From contig CM119267.1 of NCBI GenBank assembly GCA_051294375.1, forward strand, positions 3,460,192 to 3,524,191: 64,000 bases of DNA. Reading direction: 5' to 3'. Of the stretch, positions 1-13,748 are shown piece after piece (the first letter of the stretch is position 1; every line of letters begins with the position of its first letter). The position numbers and the translations under genes were made by a program. Below the pieces are notes generated by a model. The model did not search any database, was not told the origin of the DNA, and saw only the letters and a list, made by a program, of their open reading frames with translations. Source of the stretch: Paraspadella gotoi (lineage: Eukaryota > Animalia > Chaetognatha).

Positions 1-236
1 AGGTCAACCGGAAAAACCCGAACCCACGCACGACCTCGTCACGGCGCCCAAAGCCGAAGAACCGGACAGAATGGCGGCGGAAAAAGAGGCCAAGTCGAAG
101 ATGACCAAAGCTCAAAAGAGACGCATGTGGGACAAAATGGAGGCCGGGGCCAAAGGCGGAGAGAAACCGCGGGGCTGGGATTGGATGGACATTATCAAAC
201 ATTTATCGCAAACTGGTCACAAAGACGGAGATTAAC
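1..236 (+). CDS. RWDD4: 3' end of RWD domain-containing protein 4 (truncated by window start)
   Basis: Frame 2 reads ...SKMTKAQKRRMWDKMEAGAKGGEKPRGWDWMDIIKHLSQTGHKDGD* (TAA 234-236). This resembles the RWDD4 C-terminus (KAQKRK...PRGWNWVDVVKHLSKTG) as recalled. Not in the ORF track. Confidence 0.8.
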
Positions 237-505
237 GATTTATTTCTCATTCCTCGGGTACAAAGTGCCTTAATCTCTTCTTTACTCCTTTGTGCACGGT
301 GAGCCAAAAAAAAAACCCGATATAGTATTTTAAAATCCTATCGCTCAAGTTTTCTCTCTATTTATTTTTCAAAAAGAAATTATCCAGCCGTTTATTAGAA
401 AAAAAATTTCATCATAAAAAGTTTTAAATCGGAGTGTAAAATATTTTTTGACTCGCCCTGTTACGATTCCTATCGATTCATAGTTGAAAATTATTTATAT
501 ACTAT

Positions 506-3293
506 ATGGCACTGAGGACGATCAGAAGGGGATGTCTCTATTTAAAAACGTTGAAATTAACCGAAGCGACTCTTTTGAACTCTTTGAGCAATGAAGAGTG
601 TCTTCGACGGCGCTTCGGTCAGCCCGTCGCGCAAACCCACCCGCATCTCCTTCAGGAGGGCGAGGTCACGCCGGGCATCGACGCCGCCGAGTACAAAAGC
701 CGTCGAGAGAGACTCGTCCATCAGATTTCCAAGTCGCCCTGCTTTCGAGGGGACAACGATCACGTGATCATCATTCCCTCAGCGGGACTCAAATACATGA
801 CCAAGGACATTCCTTATTTCTTCAAGCAAAACACCGACTTTCAATACTTTACCGGTTTTCTCGAACCGGACTCTTGTTTGGTGCTGTTCAAGGAAAAAGG
901 TTCTTTTTGAAATAATATTTTGTTAATGAATTTAAATTAAAAAAAAACAAAAACTCCAAGTCGCGATTCGTTAAATTCAGAATCGACGAAAACCCGAACG
1001 ATTCTCTTCGTTCCCGAGTCTGACGAGACGGCGTTGGTATGGCACGGACCCTGCAGCGGCACCCGCGCCGCCCTCGATCTTTTCGGCGCCGACGAGGCCT
1101 TCAAGAACACGCGATTCGCGAATTTCATCGGTTGGTGGTTTTCTCCTCTTTCGTGTTTCTCTTCTAATTGTTGTCGATAAACTCTCACTCTCTTTCTCTC
1201 TCCTCTTTCTTTGCCTCAGCGGAGCTCAAGACGCGCTCCTCGAAATTCTCCCTCTGGTACGACTTCGTGAAACCGCCTCACCCCGACCTCCACGCCGTCG
1301 TCAACGATCTCGTCATCAATTCCTTTCAAGATTCGATGCACAACCATCGCTCCCTCGTCGACGAGCTCAAGATACGGAAATCGCCCGCGGAAAGAAAAAT
1401 CATGCGGGAGACTTGCTCCGTCGCCGCCAGGAGTTTGCGGGAGACCATTCGCTTTTCTAGTCCTGGTGAGTGAGTAGGTGAGTGAGTGAGTGACAGAGAG
1501 AGAGAAAGAGAATAGATAGAACCGAAAGAGAGAGAGAGAGAGAGAACAGAAAGAGAAATTAAAAGAATTAAAGAAAGAAACTTTAAACGCTTGAAATTTT
1601 TCTCGATCGCTTGCATTCATTCATCGCTTTTGCCAATAAAAGAAATTAAATATTGAATATAAAAGAAAAGAAGATAGACTCAAAGAAAGAAATCAATCAT
1701 TCAGTTAAAGAAAGCATCAATCGTTGAGTAAAGGGCCTAAAGTGCATTTCAATCTTTAGGTTTGCGCGAATCCGTGTTAGAGGCGAAGATGTCGTTAGCG
1801 GCGCAATCGTTGGGCGCCGATCGTCTCTGTTTTCCCTCCGTTGTGGCTTCGGGCGCCAACGCTAACGTCATCCATTACGTACGGAACGACCAAATCATAA
1901 AGGTTTCATTTCGATGTATAAACAAATGTTTGTGTACTTATTGAGATAACTATTCAAGAGTTAAAGCTTTCGATTGGATGAGTTGGAGTGAGAGACTGTG
2001 AGAGAGTTTGATTGAAAGCTTGCAGGGACCTGCTATGTCCATACTATGGAGTCCATAGGCATAGCCAGTCCAAAGTCAGGGGCAAGATAGCTCATTTATT
2101 AAATGAATGGATAATTTTGAATTGGTTGTACCAATTTCATATTCTTTTGAAGAAATACTGTCTTTAAAACATGAAAAAAGAGATTTTTATGATATTGTTG
2201 ACTACAGAGAGCGAGAGAGAGAAAGAAAGAAAAAGAGAGAAAGAGAAATTTTAAACTATATTTTAAACTACTGAGAGCTTCGCCTTCAGTTCGGACCGAA
2301 CTTCGGTCTCGATCTTTTTTTTTTTAAATCTTTTGTTCCTCTTCCTCCTCCTCCTCCTCCTCCTCCTCCTCCTCGAGGTGGCGCTCTCATTTCACCAAAG
2401 TTTGAAATTTGGGAGGAAAACATGTGATTCGAGGGAAATCGAGTCTTTCTTTCAATTCTTTCAATTCTTCACTTCACTTCACTTCAGGAGGGTGACTTGA
2501 TTTTAATGGACACCGGATGCGAGTTTCACGGTTATTGCTCGGATTTGACGAGAACCTGGCCAGTTTCAGGTCAGGTTATTTCTCAGTAATCTGAAAAACT
2601 TACTCATCAAATAGACATTTCCTCTTTTTTTAAACGTTTGTGTATTCCTCTTCGTCATCGGCCAGGCGTCTTCTCTCCCGCGCAACGAGTTCTCTACGAC
2701 GTTGTGGCGGAGACTCAGGCCCAGTGTCTCCAACAGCTCCTGCCCGGTCAAAGTCTGGACCGGGTCCACCGGTTCATGCAGATCGCCCTGGCGTCGAATC
2801 TGCGCTCGGCCGGCGTCCTCAAGAAGACGGTTCCTTGCGACACGGAGGAACAGCTCGTCGGCGTCGGGAGGCTGGCCTGTCCGCATCACGTGGCTCACTA
2901 TCTCGGTGAGTCTCGCCGTGAGGATTAATGGAGGGGGATTCCTTTTGACGCGAAGATTTGGTCTTTGGCAGGAATGGACGTCCACGACACTTCCTCCTTG
3001 ACGCGGACGAGACCATTGGAGCCTTCGATGGTCGTGACCAACGAGCCCGGGCTTTATTTTCCAAACTATTCTAAGGTCATTTTCAAAATAGTTTAAAAAG
3101 CGTTGAGCGAATGTTTTGCGTGAATAGAATATTTATTTCGTAGGCGGCGGATTTGGTGCTGAGAGATTTTCACGACATCGGCCTCAGAATCGAGGACGAC
3201 GTCTTGATCACCGAGAATAAACCGGAAGTGTTGACGGCCGAGTGTCCCGTCGATAGAGAACAATTACTCCAACTCGCCAACCAGTGTCGTTAA
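506..3293 (+). CDS. XPNPEP3: Xaa-Pro aminopeptidase 3 (mitochondrial Icp55-like, M24B), 8 exons
   Basis: Exons ~506-899, 961-1130, 1220-1466, 1761-1902, 2488-2569, 2666-2906, 2972-3075, 3144-3293, with GT-AG introns. Motifs: GQPVAQTHPHLLQEGEVTPGI, FKQNTDFQYFTGFLEPDS, DTGCEFHGYCSDLTRTWP, HHVAHYLGMDVHD, TNEPGLY, GLRIEDDV. Confidence 0.95.
1495..1545. repeat. (GA)n-rich microsatellite in XPNPEP3 intron 3
   Basis: Runs of gagaga. Similar simple repeats at 2205-2245 (GA), 2338-2374 (CCT), 29240-29273 (CT) and 55455-55482 (GA, spanning a 10-N assembly gap at 55463-55472). Confidence 0.9.
1992..2140 (+). repeat. Dispersed ~150-bp intronic repeat, copy A
   Basis: gagactgtgaga..ttgattgaaagcttgcagggacctgctatgtc..aagtcaggggcaagatagct..tttattaaatgaa..ttggttgtaccaatttcat. 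The same blocks occur at 23839-24005 and, reverse-complemented, at 45504-45647. Confidence 0.9.
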
Positions 3294-3499
3294 TGAATTC
3301 GGGTTTTTTTTTTCTTTTTACATTTTTACTGTATTTGTTATCCGATTTCCGGAACTTGTTTTTAATTTATTACCCTTTTCCTCTTAGCCCGAAACAAGAA
3401 AAAAACTAAATTAAACACGAAGCAGCGAATAAGTTTCGTTATATGTAGTTCTGTTAGATAGCTTCTTTCTATTATGACTTGACCCTGAAAAAGTTTAAA

Positions 3500-6400
3500 A
3501 TGTTCAAGACAAAACGCGACGTGGACGCTCACGTCATCAATCTTCTTCGACGTCTCAAAGATGACAAAGAAAAAAAGAACCGAGGTAGATATTAAACATA
3601 TCTTTAATTTTTCATTCGTTTAAATTTTAATTTAATATTTTTGACGGTCGACTTGAAGAATTACTTTAAATATTTTTTTCATCAGGCTATTCCATCGCCA
3701 AACTGTACATGACGGTGGACGAATACGACATGGCCGAACGATACTTGGCAGGATTCCTCAGCATCAAGCCAACCTTCGCTCCCGCCCACAACCTCATGGG
3801 AGAAATCCACGAGAAACAGAACAAATGGTCGCTCGCTTTCGAGGCGTTCAAGAGGAGCTTCAGCCTCGACGCTTCGCAAAAAAATATCGTCTGGTCCATT
3901 TGCAAAGTTTTATCCAATGTAAGTAATAAGAGAAAGTTGAATTGACGTTTGAAATGAAGGTTGTTACATGTAGTCTTCAACACAACTTTAGACATCCCCC
4001 CCCTCTTTGTATTTTCTGCCCAGATGGAGGATGTCGATAACGAGACGATTAAACCGTGGCTCGAGCGCGCCGAGAGCATTTTTCCCAAATCGGACCCAAA
4101 GAGTAGCGTCGTCTTTTCATTGCGAGAGCGAATGATCAGAGACATTCAAAACAAGAGTTTGGAAAAGGGGCAAGGCGACGCCAGCAAGGACGACGGAAAG
4201 AGTCAATTGCAGGTATTTATTATATGTAAAGATGTCGTGGAACGAGTAAGTCGCATAATTAGGTTGTTTTTTTTTTATTAACAATAATTACGTCATTATT
4301 TTTAGGCCTTATACGCGGAAGAGCTGGTGAAGCGCCCCCAGGACGTAGGGCTGAGAATTAAACTTCTCCAGTTGCTCGTTGAGGAGGGAAAAGTCGCCGA
4401 GGCAAGGGAGCACGCTTTCAGCGCCGAAGAAGCCGTAGTGTTTCAGACGGGTCCGTGTTTTCTCCGAAATATATATGCGAATCTTTTTTTTTTTTTTTTG
4501 TTTTATAACTTTAAAAAAATGTTTGTTCGGCGTTTTAAGGTCCGGCGAATATATTCATCAACAGTGCGGAATGGTACGCGGCAGTGGTGGATCTTCTGGA
4601 AGTTGAAAAATCGACGCAGTCCTCGCTTTCGTCGTCTTTCTTTCTAGATTATCTCCACTCACTTTGTTTGTTGACGAGGTAAGTTCATTTCGAGTCTCAC
4701 TTTTTATCTCTTTTTTTTTTCTGTCGACTTCTATCCTCGCATTTCTAGTTTACGATTGAAAGAATCGCCTGCCTTGGCGGCAAAGTCCCTGCATCGACTC
4801 GACCAGGCCCTTTACGAGGCGGAAAATTTGGAAGAAAATCCCGGCGCCAGGAGAGTCTCTGGCAATGAGGCCGCTCTGTGGCAGGTGCGCTATCCCTTTA
4901 ATTTTATTTTATGGAAAACTAGCGCAGAAAGTAATTTTAATTTTCATTACATTATTGAATATAAAATAAATTTAATACTTACGTAAAATATTTTGGAACT
5001 TTTAAATTCCTTTTAAAATTTAGTCTAAAATACATAGTAAAACAAGAAATTTTGCAATTTTTCATAGAAAATAATGAAAAATTTCAATTTCTCTCAGGTT
5101 TTCCTCAAAGAGATGCGCGCTCAGTTTTTCAACTACGCGGGTTCGCTCTTTCTCGCTCGTGCCGTCGGCGACCAACTTCAATGGACCGAAGCCCTTCACC
5201 AAGCGTCCATCTGTTTCCTGGTCTCTTTCTCTCAAGACCCTCCCAATCTCAAGTCTGCCTTCTTTCCTCAATCATCCCCTCGAATTCAAAAGCGCCTGCA
5301 GCTCTGGTACTCCCTGGCTTGCCTGCGTCTCTCCGTTTCCGGTTATACCTTATTGGCCATCGTCCCACAGGCTTCGAAGCTCAAGGACTCTGTGGCTCAA
5401 TTTTGCAATAAGATCCAGCAGGCTTGCGCCGAGCCGCGTAATCGCGACGCTTTGCACGATCATTTGTTCGACGTGCTCAAGACACGGCGAGACTCATCTT
5501 CGTCGTTTCTTCTCAATTCGTCCCTCTTGGCCTCGTTCACTGCGCGATATCCCAATGCTAAAACCATTCGCGCCACTTACGACCCTATCTCCCACCTGCT
5601 CTGTCCAGACGACCTGGCTTTTTTGGTTTGGTTCGCGTTGCAGCAACATAAAGTGGGTTCCAAGCACGCCTCACCTCAAGCCAAGCACGCTTTCGAAGTC
5701 TTTAAGGCTCTACCATTGGCCGCTTCAGCCGCCGCCGTCGCCAATCATCCTTCTCGACCGGAATCCTTGTGTCAGCTCGACACCGAAGCTTTTCTCTACG
5801 CAACGGTGCACATGACTGCCTCTTCGCTAAACAAGTCTCCCACTACGCTCAACGTCACGGCTCGAGGAGGGTTGGGCGGACCTCTGCAAATCCTTCCACC
5901 AACCATCAGCAGCGCTTCGCGGCCCCTTTGTACGCAACGTCAGGCGGAATGGTGGTCGGCGGCTTACAAATTGACCACCAATAACGTTAAAGGCCCATTT
6001 TCCAATCTCGGTTTGCTGAGGCAGACCCTGCAGCGTGGAATCGAAACGGTGAGGGGCATGACGGCTCACGGCCTCGATCTCAGCATGATCATCCACCTAG
6101 CGAAAACCTTTCAAGCGCGTACCCAGGAGATGTGGCAAGAAGAAAGCGCCAGCGTTGGCCTCGTCGCTCCGTTGTCCAACGATCCAGAGTTGGCCGAAAT
6201 GATTGGACCCGGCGAAGAAAGCGCCGCGTATCGCGGCGTCGCCGAGTTGTACTGGACCTTGGCGCTGGAACTGTTGAAAAAGTTGAAAAAAAAGCAGTTC
6301 GTGCCTCTGCCCAAGGAAAGGTTGTTCGCCCTCAGCTCGAGAGAGTTGAGCGAAGATCAAATGGATCGCCTCGTCGAGGAAGGATCATTCTTTCTCGCGC

Positions 6401-9400
6401 AAATCAAGTTGAGAAGCGGGGATCCATTGGGGGCCGTCAAAGAGTTTTCCAAATTGTCGTCGGCGGAAGCCAGTTATCAAACGGCACAAGCGTTGAAAGA
6501 GGTCGCCAGACGAGCCACCGCCGAATCAGAATCTCCCAACGACGTCACCACCGAAATGCGGAACCAGAGAAGCGAGGCGTTGAAGAGCGCTTTGGAAGCG
6601 CTATTCCTAACCATGGACCGAACGCGAGGAAATCCCGAACATCCTCTGCACGACGTTCTGGGAGAAGAAATCAAGGAAGTTGAGAAGATGTTAGCCGATG
6701 CATCCGGGAGAGGAAAGCCCCATTTGACCAACGGCCACGCCTCTACTCCCGAACCCAACGAGTCTGGAAACAGCGAAGACAGCTTCTACGAGGACGACGC
6801 CGGCGCCTCTGCTTTTCCGGAGGCTGCTGAACTCAGTTGCTTCCCGCTTAACTCTGTATCTTTACCGAGTTCGACGCCAATGAAAAGCGTTCCCCGCGTT
6901 CCCTCAGACGCCACCTTCCAGTTTGCCAACGCTTCCATGAAGCACGTTCGTCCTTCGCCGGAGCGATTAGATGCGCAGATTCGTTCCATGCGTAAGATTC
7001 AAGAAAAGCAGTCGCAGCAGATGGAATCACAGGCGAAGCAAATCGGACTGCTGCTCGAGGTTCAGTCCAAGCAGGAGAGACGTAACAATGACATGATGGA
7101 AGAGATTCAAAACACCAAGAAACACATTTTGGAACTTTGCGATTTCTTCAAAAACTTTGCCGCGAACATGACCCCTCAGGCGCAGCGCGGCGGAATACCG
7201 GGACTGGCTGGTGGCGGATCCTTGTCGGGAACCCCTATTCAAACTCGTCTCGGCGCCGTGGGTGCGCCGTTAGGGACGCCCAGCATCGCCGCGTCTCTGC
7301 CACTGCAGAACAGTTTTTACGATCCTTCGGTTCTTCCTCCGCCCGTGCCCTCTGACACCATTTTGCAGAATCCCTCGCTCTCGTCTTTGGCTGCCATGGG
7401 TACACCCTCGCCCTCTCATTTCGGGCTATCGTCTCCTTCGGCTCGCTTGTTTCCTCCCGCGAACCAAATGGTGACGAATACTTCAACTCAGCCGACGCCA
7501 TCTGCCGATCAGTATCGAGGAGGCGAGGAGGAGGACGAGGATGAAGAAGATTACGAGGATTATGATGAAGAGGAAGATGATCAATATTGGGTGGAAGACG
7601 ACGACGAAAATCCCTTGGGTCCCCCACCAAAGCACGTTGAGCCGCCATCTCTTATTCCCGACAACGCTCCTTGCGATTATCCTTATGGTCAAATCACCTC
7701 CATGCAAGGCCGCTCCACCATTACCTATCAAGCGCCCCACACTGCTCCTAGTAGTTTTGGACCTAGCTTTTTCTCAAACGCCGCTGCTAGCGAAATGACG
7801 TCCAATTTCTTGGCGTCCAAATCGGCCTCTCCCGTCGCCGCTTCGGTAGACACAAACAAGGCAACCACCACCCCTTCGCTTCCCAAGACCAAACCTTCAG
7901 CCGAGGCTGCGGCCGCCTTCGTACGACAATTGGGTGGAAACGATCCAATCGGAGTGGCGCCGCCAAATGTCGTTCCGACTATGGCCTTCACGACTCCGCC
8001 GCTCGTGACGTCAACCACCGTCGCTGGAGTTACTCCTACGGCCAAACCATTCACCGTAAACTTTAATCCCAACGCCGCCCCGAAACTGAAGTCTCCCACT
8101 CTAGCGGCTCCCCCGCCGACGACGAGCTCGACCTTCTCTGCGACCGCGTCGATGACTTTGCACGCTTCTCCTGAAAAAAATCTCGAGCCGGGCGGTGGTT
8201 TTAAGATAAGTCTCAGCCCCGATGCCATCAACAACAAGACGCCGTCGGTTTTCAACACTGGCTCCGGCGTCGCCTCCACGATCCTTCAAAACAAAGAGGA
8301 CGTGGAGAATGAGTCGGAGGACGTGGAGAAGGAAATCGATCCCTACCCTGACTTCAAACCGATCATCGATCTTCCCGAACAAGTCCCCGTCGTCACCGGA
8401 GAGGAAGACGAGGAGGTTTTATTCTCCGAACGGGCCAAGCTCTTTCGATTCGCCGAGACCGGAGAGTGGAAAGAACGAGGATTGGGTCCCATCAAGATTT
8501 TAAAGAACGCCAAAACAGGGAAGACGAGACTCCTCATGCGTCGGGAGCAAATTCATAAGGTTTGTCTCAATCACGTGATCCCCGGCGGCGGTCTCAACAT
8601 ACGTTCCATGGAAAGCAACGACAAGGCGTTGCTCTGGCCGGCGATGGACTACGCGGAATCTACTACGGGCACTCACGAAAAGTTTTGCGTTAGATTCAAG
8701 ACGAAAGATCTCGCGTTGCAGTTTAAGCAGATCGCAGATGCCAATGCCGCCCCGAGCGAGGAAGGGAAGGAAGAGGAAGAAGAAGAAAAGCAGAAGCCCG
8801 AGGCTGAGAGGAAAAAGGATTCCGAAGATAGCGTAACCCCGAAGGCCCCAGCCTTTGGTTTCACAAACACCAACATGGTCTCCTTCAAAGATCTTGCCCA
8901 ACCTTCGGGAAAAACTGGCTTTTCGAGCTCTGATCCTAACTTCAAATTTCCTGGCAGCGGATCGCAGGTCTTCTCTGCCTCAACGGAGGACGAGCACGGC
9001 GCTGATGACTCTACTAATCAACCTGAGGATTACGTTCCGGAAGTTGATTTCAAACCCGTCGTCCCTCTTCCGGATCTCGTAGACGTCAAAACGGGTGAAG
9101 AGGAAGAGGAGGAGCTTTACAAGCACAGGGCCAAGCTTCATCGCTTCTGCGCCGAGACCAAAGAGTTTAAGGAACGCGGTCTCGGGGACATCAAGATTCT
9201 TCGCCATAAAAAGACCGGAAAGGTTCGAGTAATTTTGAGGCGAGAGCAAGTTTTGAAACTGGCCTGCAACTTTCATTTGGTGGAAGGCATCGAACTGAAG
9301 CCTCTCAGCACCAGCGAGAGGGCTTTTCAATGGATTTGCATGGACTTTTCCGAAGGAGAACTCAAGCAGGAGGGATTTGCTGTAAAATTTAAGAATGAGG

Positions 9401-12400
9401 ACGTTGCCTCCGGCTTCAAGCAAGCTTGGAAAGACGCTTTGGATTTGGTCTCCGTCAAAAATTCTGACGCGAAAAAAGATGAGACGGATAATGGGCTCAG
9501 AGCTTGCAAAGGCACGGCCGATAAATTCGACGAAATCGTCAAAGAATCGGAAAAACCCACGAGTGGTTTTGGAGACGCTTTCAAAGCGAAGCCTGATAGT
9601 TGGGAATGCAGCGGTTGTTTTACGAGAAACGAGGCGAAGCATTCTTCCTGCCCCTGCTGCAACACTCCTGGTCCCAACGTTTCGACCACGGAAAAAACCG
9701 CATCCGGCTTCGGGGATGCATTTAAGCCAAAGCAGGGAACTTGGGAATGTTCTGGATGTCTGATTCGTAACGACGCAAGCGCCATTTCCTGTCCCTGCTG
9801 CAATACGCGGAATCCCAACGCACCCAAAGATGCTGCGACTAAAGTTGGAGGAGGGCTCGCGGCTAAATTAGCTTCGAGTGGCGGAGGAGGCGGATTCTCG
9901 TTCGGTTCTCCTTCCTGTTCGACCGGAGGAATTCAATTTGGTACGTCGTCACCCGCTTCTTCGGCGCCTGTTTTTGGAACGTCATCCTCCTCGACGCCGG
10001 TTTTCGGATCATCGTCGCCCATGACGCCGGTTTTTGGAGTCTCTACTACGACATCGACTACTTCTGCGCCGATTTTCGGGAGCTCATCTTCCACTACAAC
10101 CGCCCCAGTTTTTGGAACTTCGTTGACCTCAACGGCCCCAGTTTTTGGAAATTCATCATCGACGACGGCGCCGCCGGTGTTTGGAACCGGTTCGCCGATA
10201 ACATCCACGTCGACGGCTTCTTTTGGTTCAAACGCAAACTCAAACAATTTCGTTTTCGGTTTTTCCAAACCGTCTACTCCGCTTTTCGGTTCCGGCGCTC
10301 CCAAATTCGGATCTCCCATCACCTCCGTAGCTAGTCCTAAGCCCGTGAGTCCTAAACCCCCTGCCGTTGTCAAACCTTCGATCTTGGGAACGCCCCCGCA
10401 GTCGAAAGACGTTCCAGCCATCTTTGGCGGTACCGGCCAAACCCCGCCGTCATCGTTCGTGATTGGCGGGCAAACTCACAAACCGGACGATCCTAAACCG
10501 GCGTTCAATTTGGGAGGATTCACTTTCGGTTCGACGCCGGTAGTCGAGAAGGAAAAACCCGCGCCGCCCAAAGAAGAAAAAAAGATCGCCTCGAAAGCTA
10601 CTAACGCAGCGCCGCCGCCCGCGACGGGTCTCTTCTCCGGCTTCAAAGGATTCGGCAACGCCGCCGCGACCGACGCCGTTTCTCCCGTCAGCTTCTCTTC
10701 GATCTTGGCTCCTCCCAAGTCGGAGGCGTCAGCGGTTGATCCCGATAAAGCGTCGACGACGACGACGACGGTGGAGACGACGTCGACCTGGGCGCCTCCA
10801 GCAGTTTTCTCTTTCGCGGCGAACAAACCGCTCTTTTCCATCGGACGGACAAATTCCGAGTCCTCGCTTGCCGAGTCCGACTCGGCCGTCTCGAGCGACA
10901 CTGACAAAGGTAGGGTCTCAGCGTAAATGTTTTTATATTTAATTATGAATTCAAACTTGTTAGTGAAAAGAATTTACTTTAAATGGACTAATTTTTGATT
11001 GAATAGCGCCGAGACCGACTCCCGTCTTGACCAAGACCGACAGCCCCACACTCTCCTCGAGCTCGTCCTTCGCTTTCGGCGAGACGGCCTCGTCCTTCGC
11101 TTTCGGCGAGGCGGCGAAAACCGCTTCGTTCACTTTCTCCATTAAACCGGAAAAGGAGAAGCTCGTCGTCAAGTCGCCAGTCAAGGGCGAGGAGAACGAC
11201 GACGACGACGATGGCGACGACGCTTATTATCAAGTCAGATTTTAATTATTTTTTTTTCTATAAAAGACAAACCCTGGAAATTTTTAAGCTAAAAAATATT
11301 TAACATCAGGAGGAAGATGGCGACCACATACATTTCGAGCCGGTCGTCCCTCTGCCGGACAAAATCTTAGTGAAGACGGGCGAAGAAGATGAGGAGGAAG
11401 TGTTCGCCGATCGGGGCAAACTCTTCCGTTTCACCGACGGCGAATGGAAGGAGAGAGGATTGGGAATCATGAAGATTTTAAAGAACAAAATGACGAGTCA
11501 GTTCTTTTTTTTTATTTGTATCGGTCAAACTGGAATTTTATCTTTTTTTTACTTTTTCTTTTTCAGACAAACACCGATTGTTGATGCGGCGAGAGCAGGT
11601 TCTGAAGATCTGCTGTAACCATCTTTTGACGCCGGATGTGGTTTTAAAACCCATGGCCAATTCTGACAAGGCGTGGGTCTGGCACGCGCTCGATGGCAGC
11701 GAAGACGTGGTCAGTGGCAGTTGATTTTTTTTTTTTTTTTTTGGGTTTTTAATTCTATAATAGTAATGTATATTTCATTGTTTCCCCTCATCTTTACCAG
11801 GCGCAGCATGAAAACTTCGCCATCCGTTTCAAGACGGCCTCTCTCGCCAACGACTTCAAGTCCATCGTGGACCGTTTGACGAGCGAAACGGATGCCTCTG
11901 CTTTGGAGACGCCTCCGTCGTCGCCGCGTCCTGTACAGTCGCCCGACGTGAGCAGCAGCAGCAGCGGAGAATGCCTCTTCGTTGACGAACGTCTTCCCTC
12001 GGAAGACCTGATGGCGCTGGCCGAAAAGTACATGCTTCCCAAAACCTTCTACAATTACTTGGACAAACCGCCTTGTCCCGGATGTCCGGGATGCGACGAT
12101 TACGACAAAGTCGTTTCCAGCACGACCCAAGAGGAAAAGACCGACGGTGGGAGTGACTCATCTCTCCACTATGTCCCGAGTAATTCGCGACTATGAAACT
12201 TAATAAATTCCTTTGGATTTCCAGAACCGGAAGCCGCCGCCAGCAACTACGAACCCGCTAAAAACGATGCCGCCGTCGCAGTCGCTACAAGCGACGCTAC
12301 TCCCTTATCCGGATTCGGCAAGACGCTTTTCGGGGAAAACAACGCCGTCTCTTTCGCCGATCTTGCCAAGAAGAGTTCCGGTGGTTTCATCAAGGAATCA

Positions 12401-13748
12401 TGTAAGCGTCTGGTCGAGATGTGTAAATTTGGTGCAAGCAAAGATTATTTCTTCAGAGTCGGAGGCAAGATAGCTTGTTTATTATCCAGTCGATAGGCTA
12501 TGTTGACTTAAGTCCTCCATCCCTCTTAGACGAGAATAACATAGCAGCTTTCAATTAAGACTTTCTACCAATGTATCTGGCTTCCTTATCAATGAAATGT
12601 ATCACTCTGTAATATGTATATAATAAAACTAAAAACTTAATCGAAACGAAATCCTTTCCGCCTTGGTTGGTTCAGCCTTCGCCAAACCGGGCGGGTTCGG
12701 CTTCGCCGGCCTCGGCTCCAACAAACCCATTTTCGCTTCGCCTAAATCGAAAGAAGAAGAAGAGGAGAATGATGATGATGAGGAAGTTTCTGGCGGTGCC
12801 GATCCGCACTTCGAACCCGTCGTTCCTCTTCCTGAGCTCGTCTCCGTTAAGACCGGTGGGTGGTTTCTCTAACTGTGACGTTTATACGTTGGTGGTTGTA
12901 AAATGTAAATAATAATGTATTAAGTTAATAACTCATTCCTGCAATCAGGCGAAGAAGGAGACGAGGTGTTGTTCTGCAGCAGAGCGAAGCTTTACCGGAT
13001 TGACGACAAAGCCTGGAAAGAGAGAGGTACATTTAGAAAGAGGGAAAGTAAGGGGAAAAAAAGAAAGTAAAGATAAAGAAAAATGATTGCGTCTAGTACA
13101 TTCTTAGTATACATGAAATTAAAGTAGCCTATAGCTCAAAGTCTCTTTTTTGTTAGGTGTTGGTGAAATGAAGTTGCTACAGAATCCGCGGACGAATCGT
13201 TTACGCGTTCTTCACCGACGAGAACAAGTGTACAAGGTGGTGTGCAATCACTTGGTGGAGGCGGGAACCAAGATGACTCCGCTGTCCACCTCGGAAGCCG
13301 CCATCTGCTGGTATGCGCAGGACTTCAGCGAGGGAAGCGAAGGGAAAACGGAGCAATTTGCCGCCAGGTAAAATTAAAATTAAAATTAATCGCGGAAGAC
13401 TCAAATGTTGGCTTTTGACAGTTTTTAGTTATGAATCGTGCTAGTTTTTAAGATAATTTTCCAGGTACTAAATAAACATTGGCATACGATATTATAAATA
13501 TTAAATTATTTTGAAGTTACTTTGGAGAGTTTGTCACGCTTGCCCTCTGTTTGTAAGAAAACGAGGGTTGGCCTCGATGGCCAGGAAAGGATCGAACCGC
13601 CTTTTCTTTCTCCAGATTCAAAACAAAGAACATTTGCGACGAATTCAAATCGATCGTGGACGCTGCGGCGGAGAGAGAGAGAAATAAGGCCGAGGAAGAG
13701 GATGGGGAGAAGCAAGACAGCGAGACAGAATCGAACAACGGATACTGA
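3500..13748 (+). CDS. RANBP2: Nucleoporin RanBP2/Nup358
   Basis: ATG 3500 ([12 protein letters not shown]). TPR-like N-terminus in small exons, then a giant exon 5098-10909. Four Ran-binding domains ([35 protein letters not shown]; ~8350, ~9050, ~11330, ~12810), two RanBP2 zinc fingers ([20 protein letters not shown]; ~9600-9810), FG repeats and a PCPGCPGC motif. Last exon 13616-13748 ([11 protein letters not shown]...NNGY*). Confidence 0.96.
12425..12566 (-). repeat. Degenerate, internally rearranged copy of the ~150-bp repeat (RANBP2 intron)
   Basis: aaatttggtgcaa and catagcagctttcaattaagactttct match the minus-strand copy. The internal gagtcggaggcaagatagcttgtttatta matches the plus orientation. 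Confidence 0.6.

Noticed and set aside
5827-10907. Many antisense and alternative-frame ORFs over RANBP2, and likewise over DCAF1, PIWI and MTMR
   Set aside because: Shadow ORFs of GC-rich exons with no recognisable motifs. No minus-strand gene could be supported anywhere in the window.
5098-10909. 5.8-kb single exon in an intron-rich gene
   Set aside because: Vertebrate RANBP2 also has a very large central exon, so this is not clearly novel.
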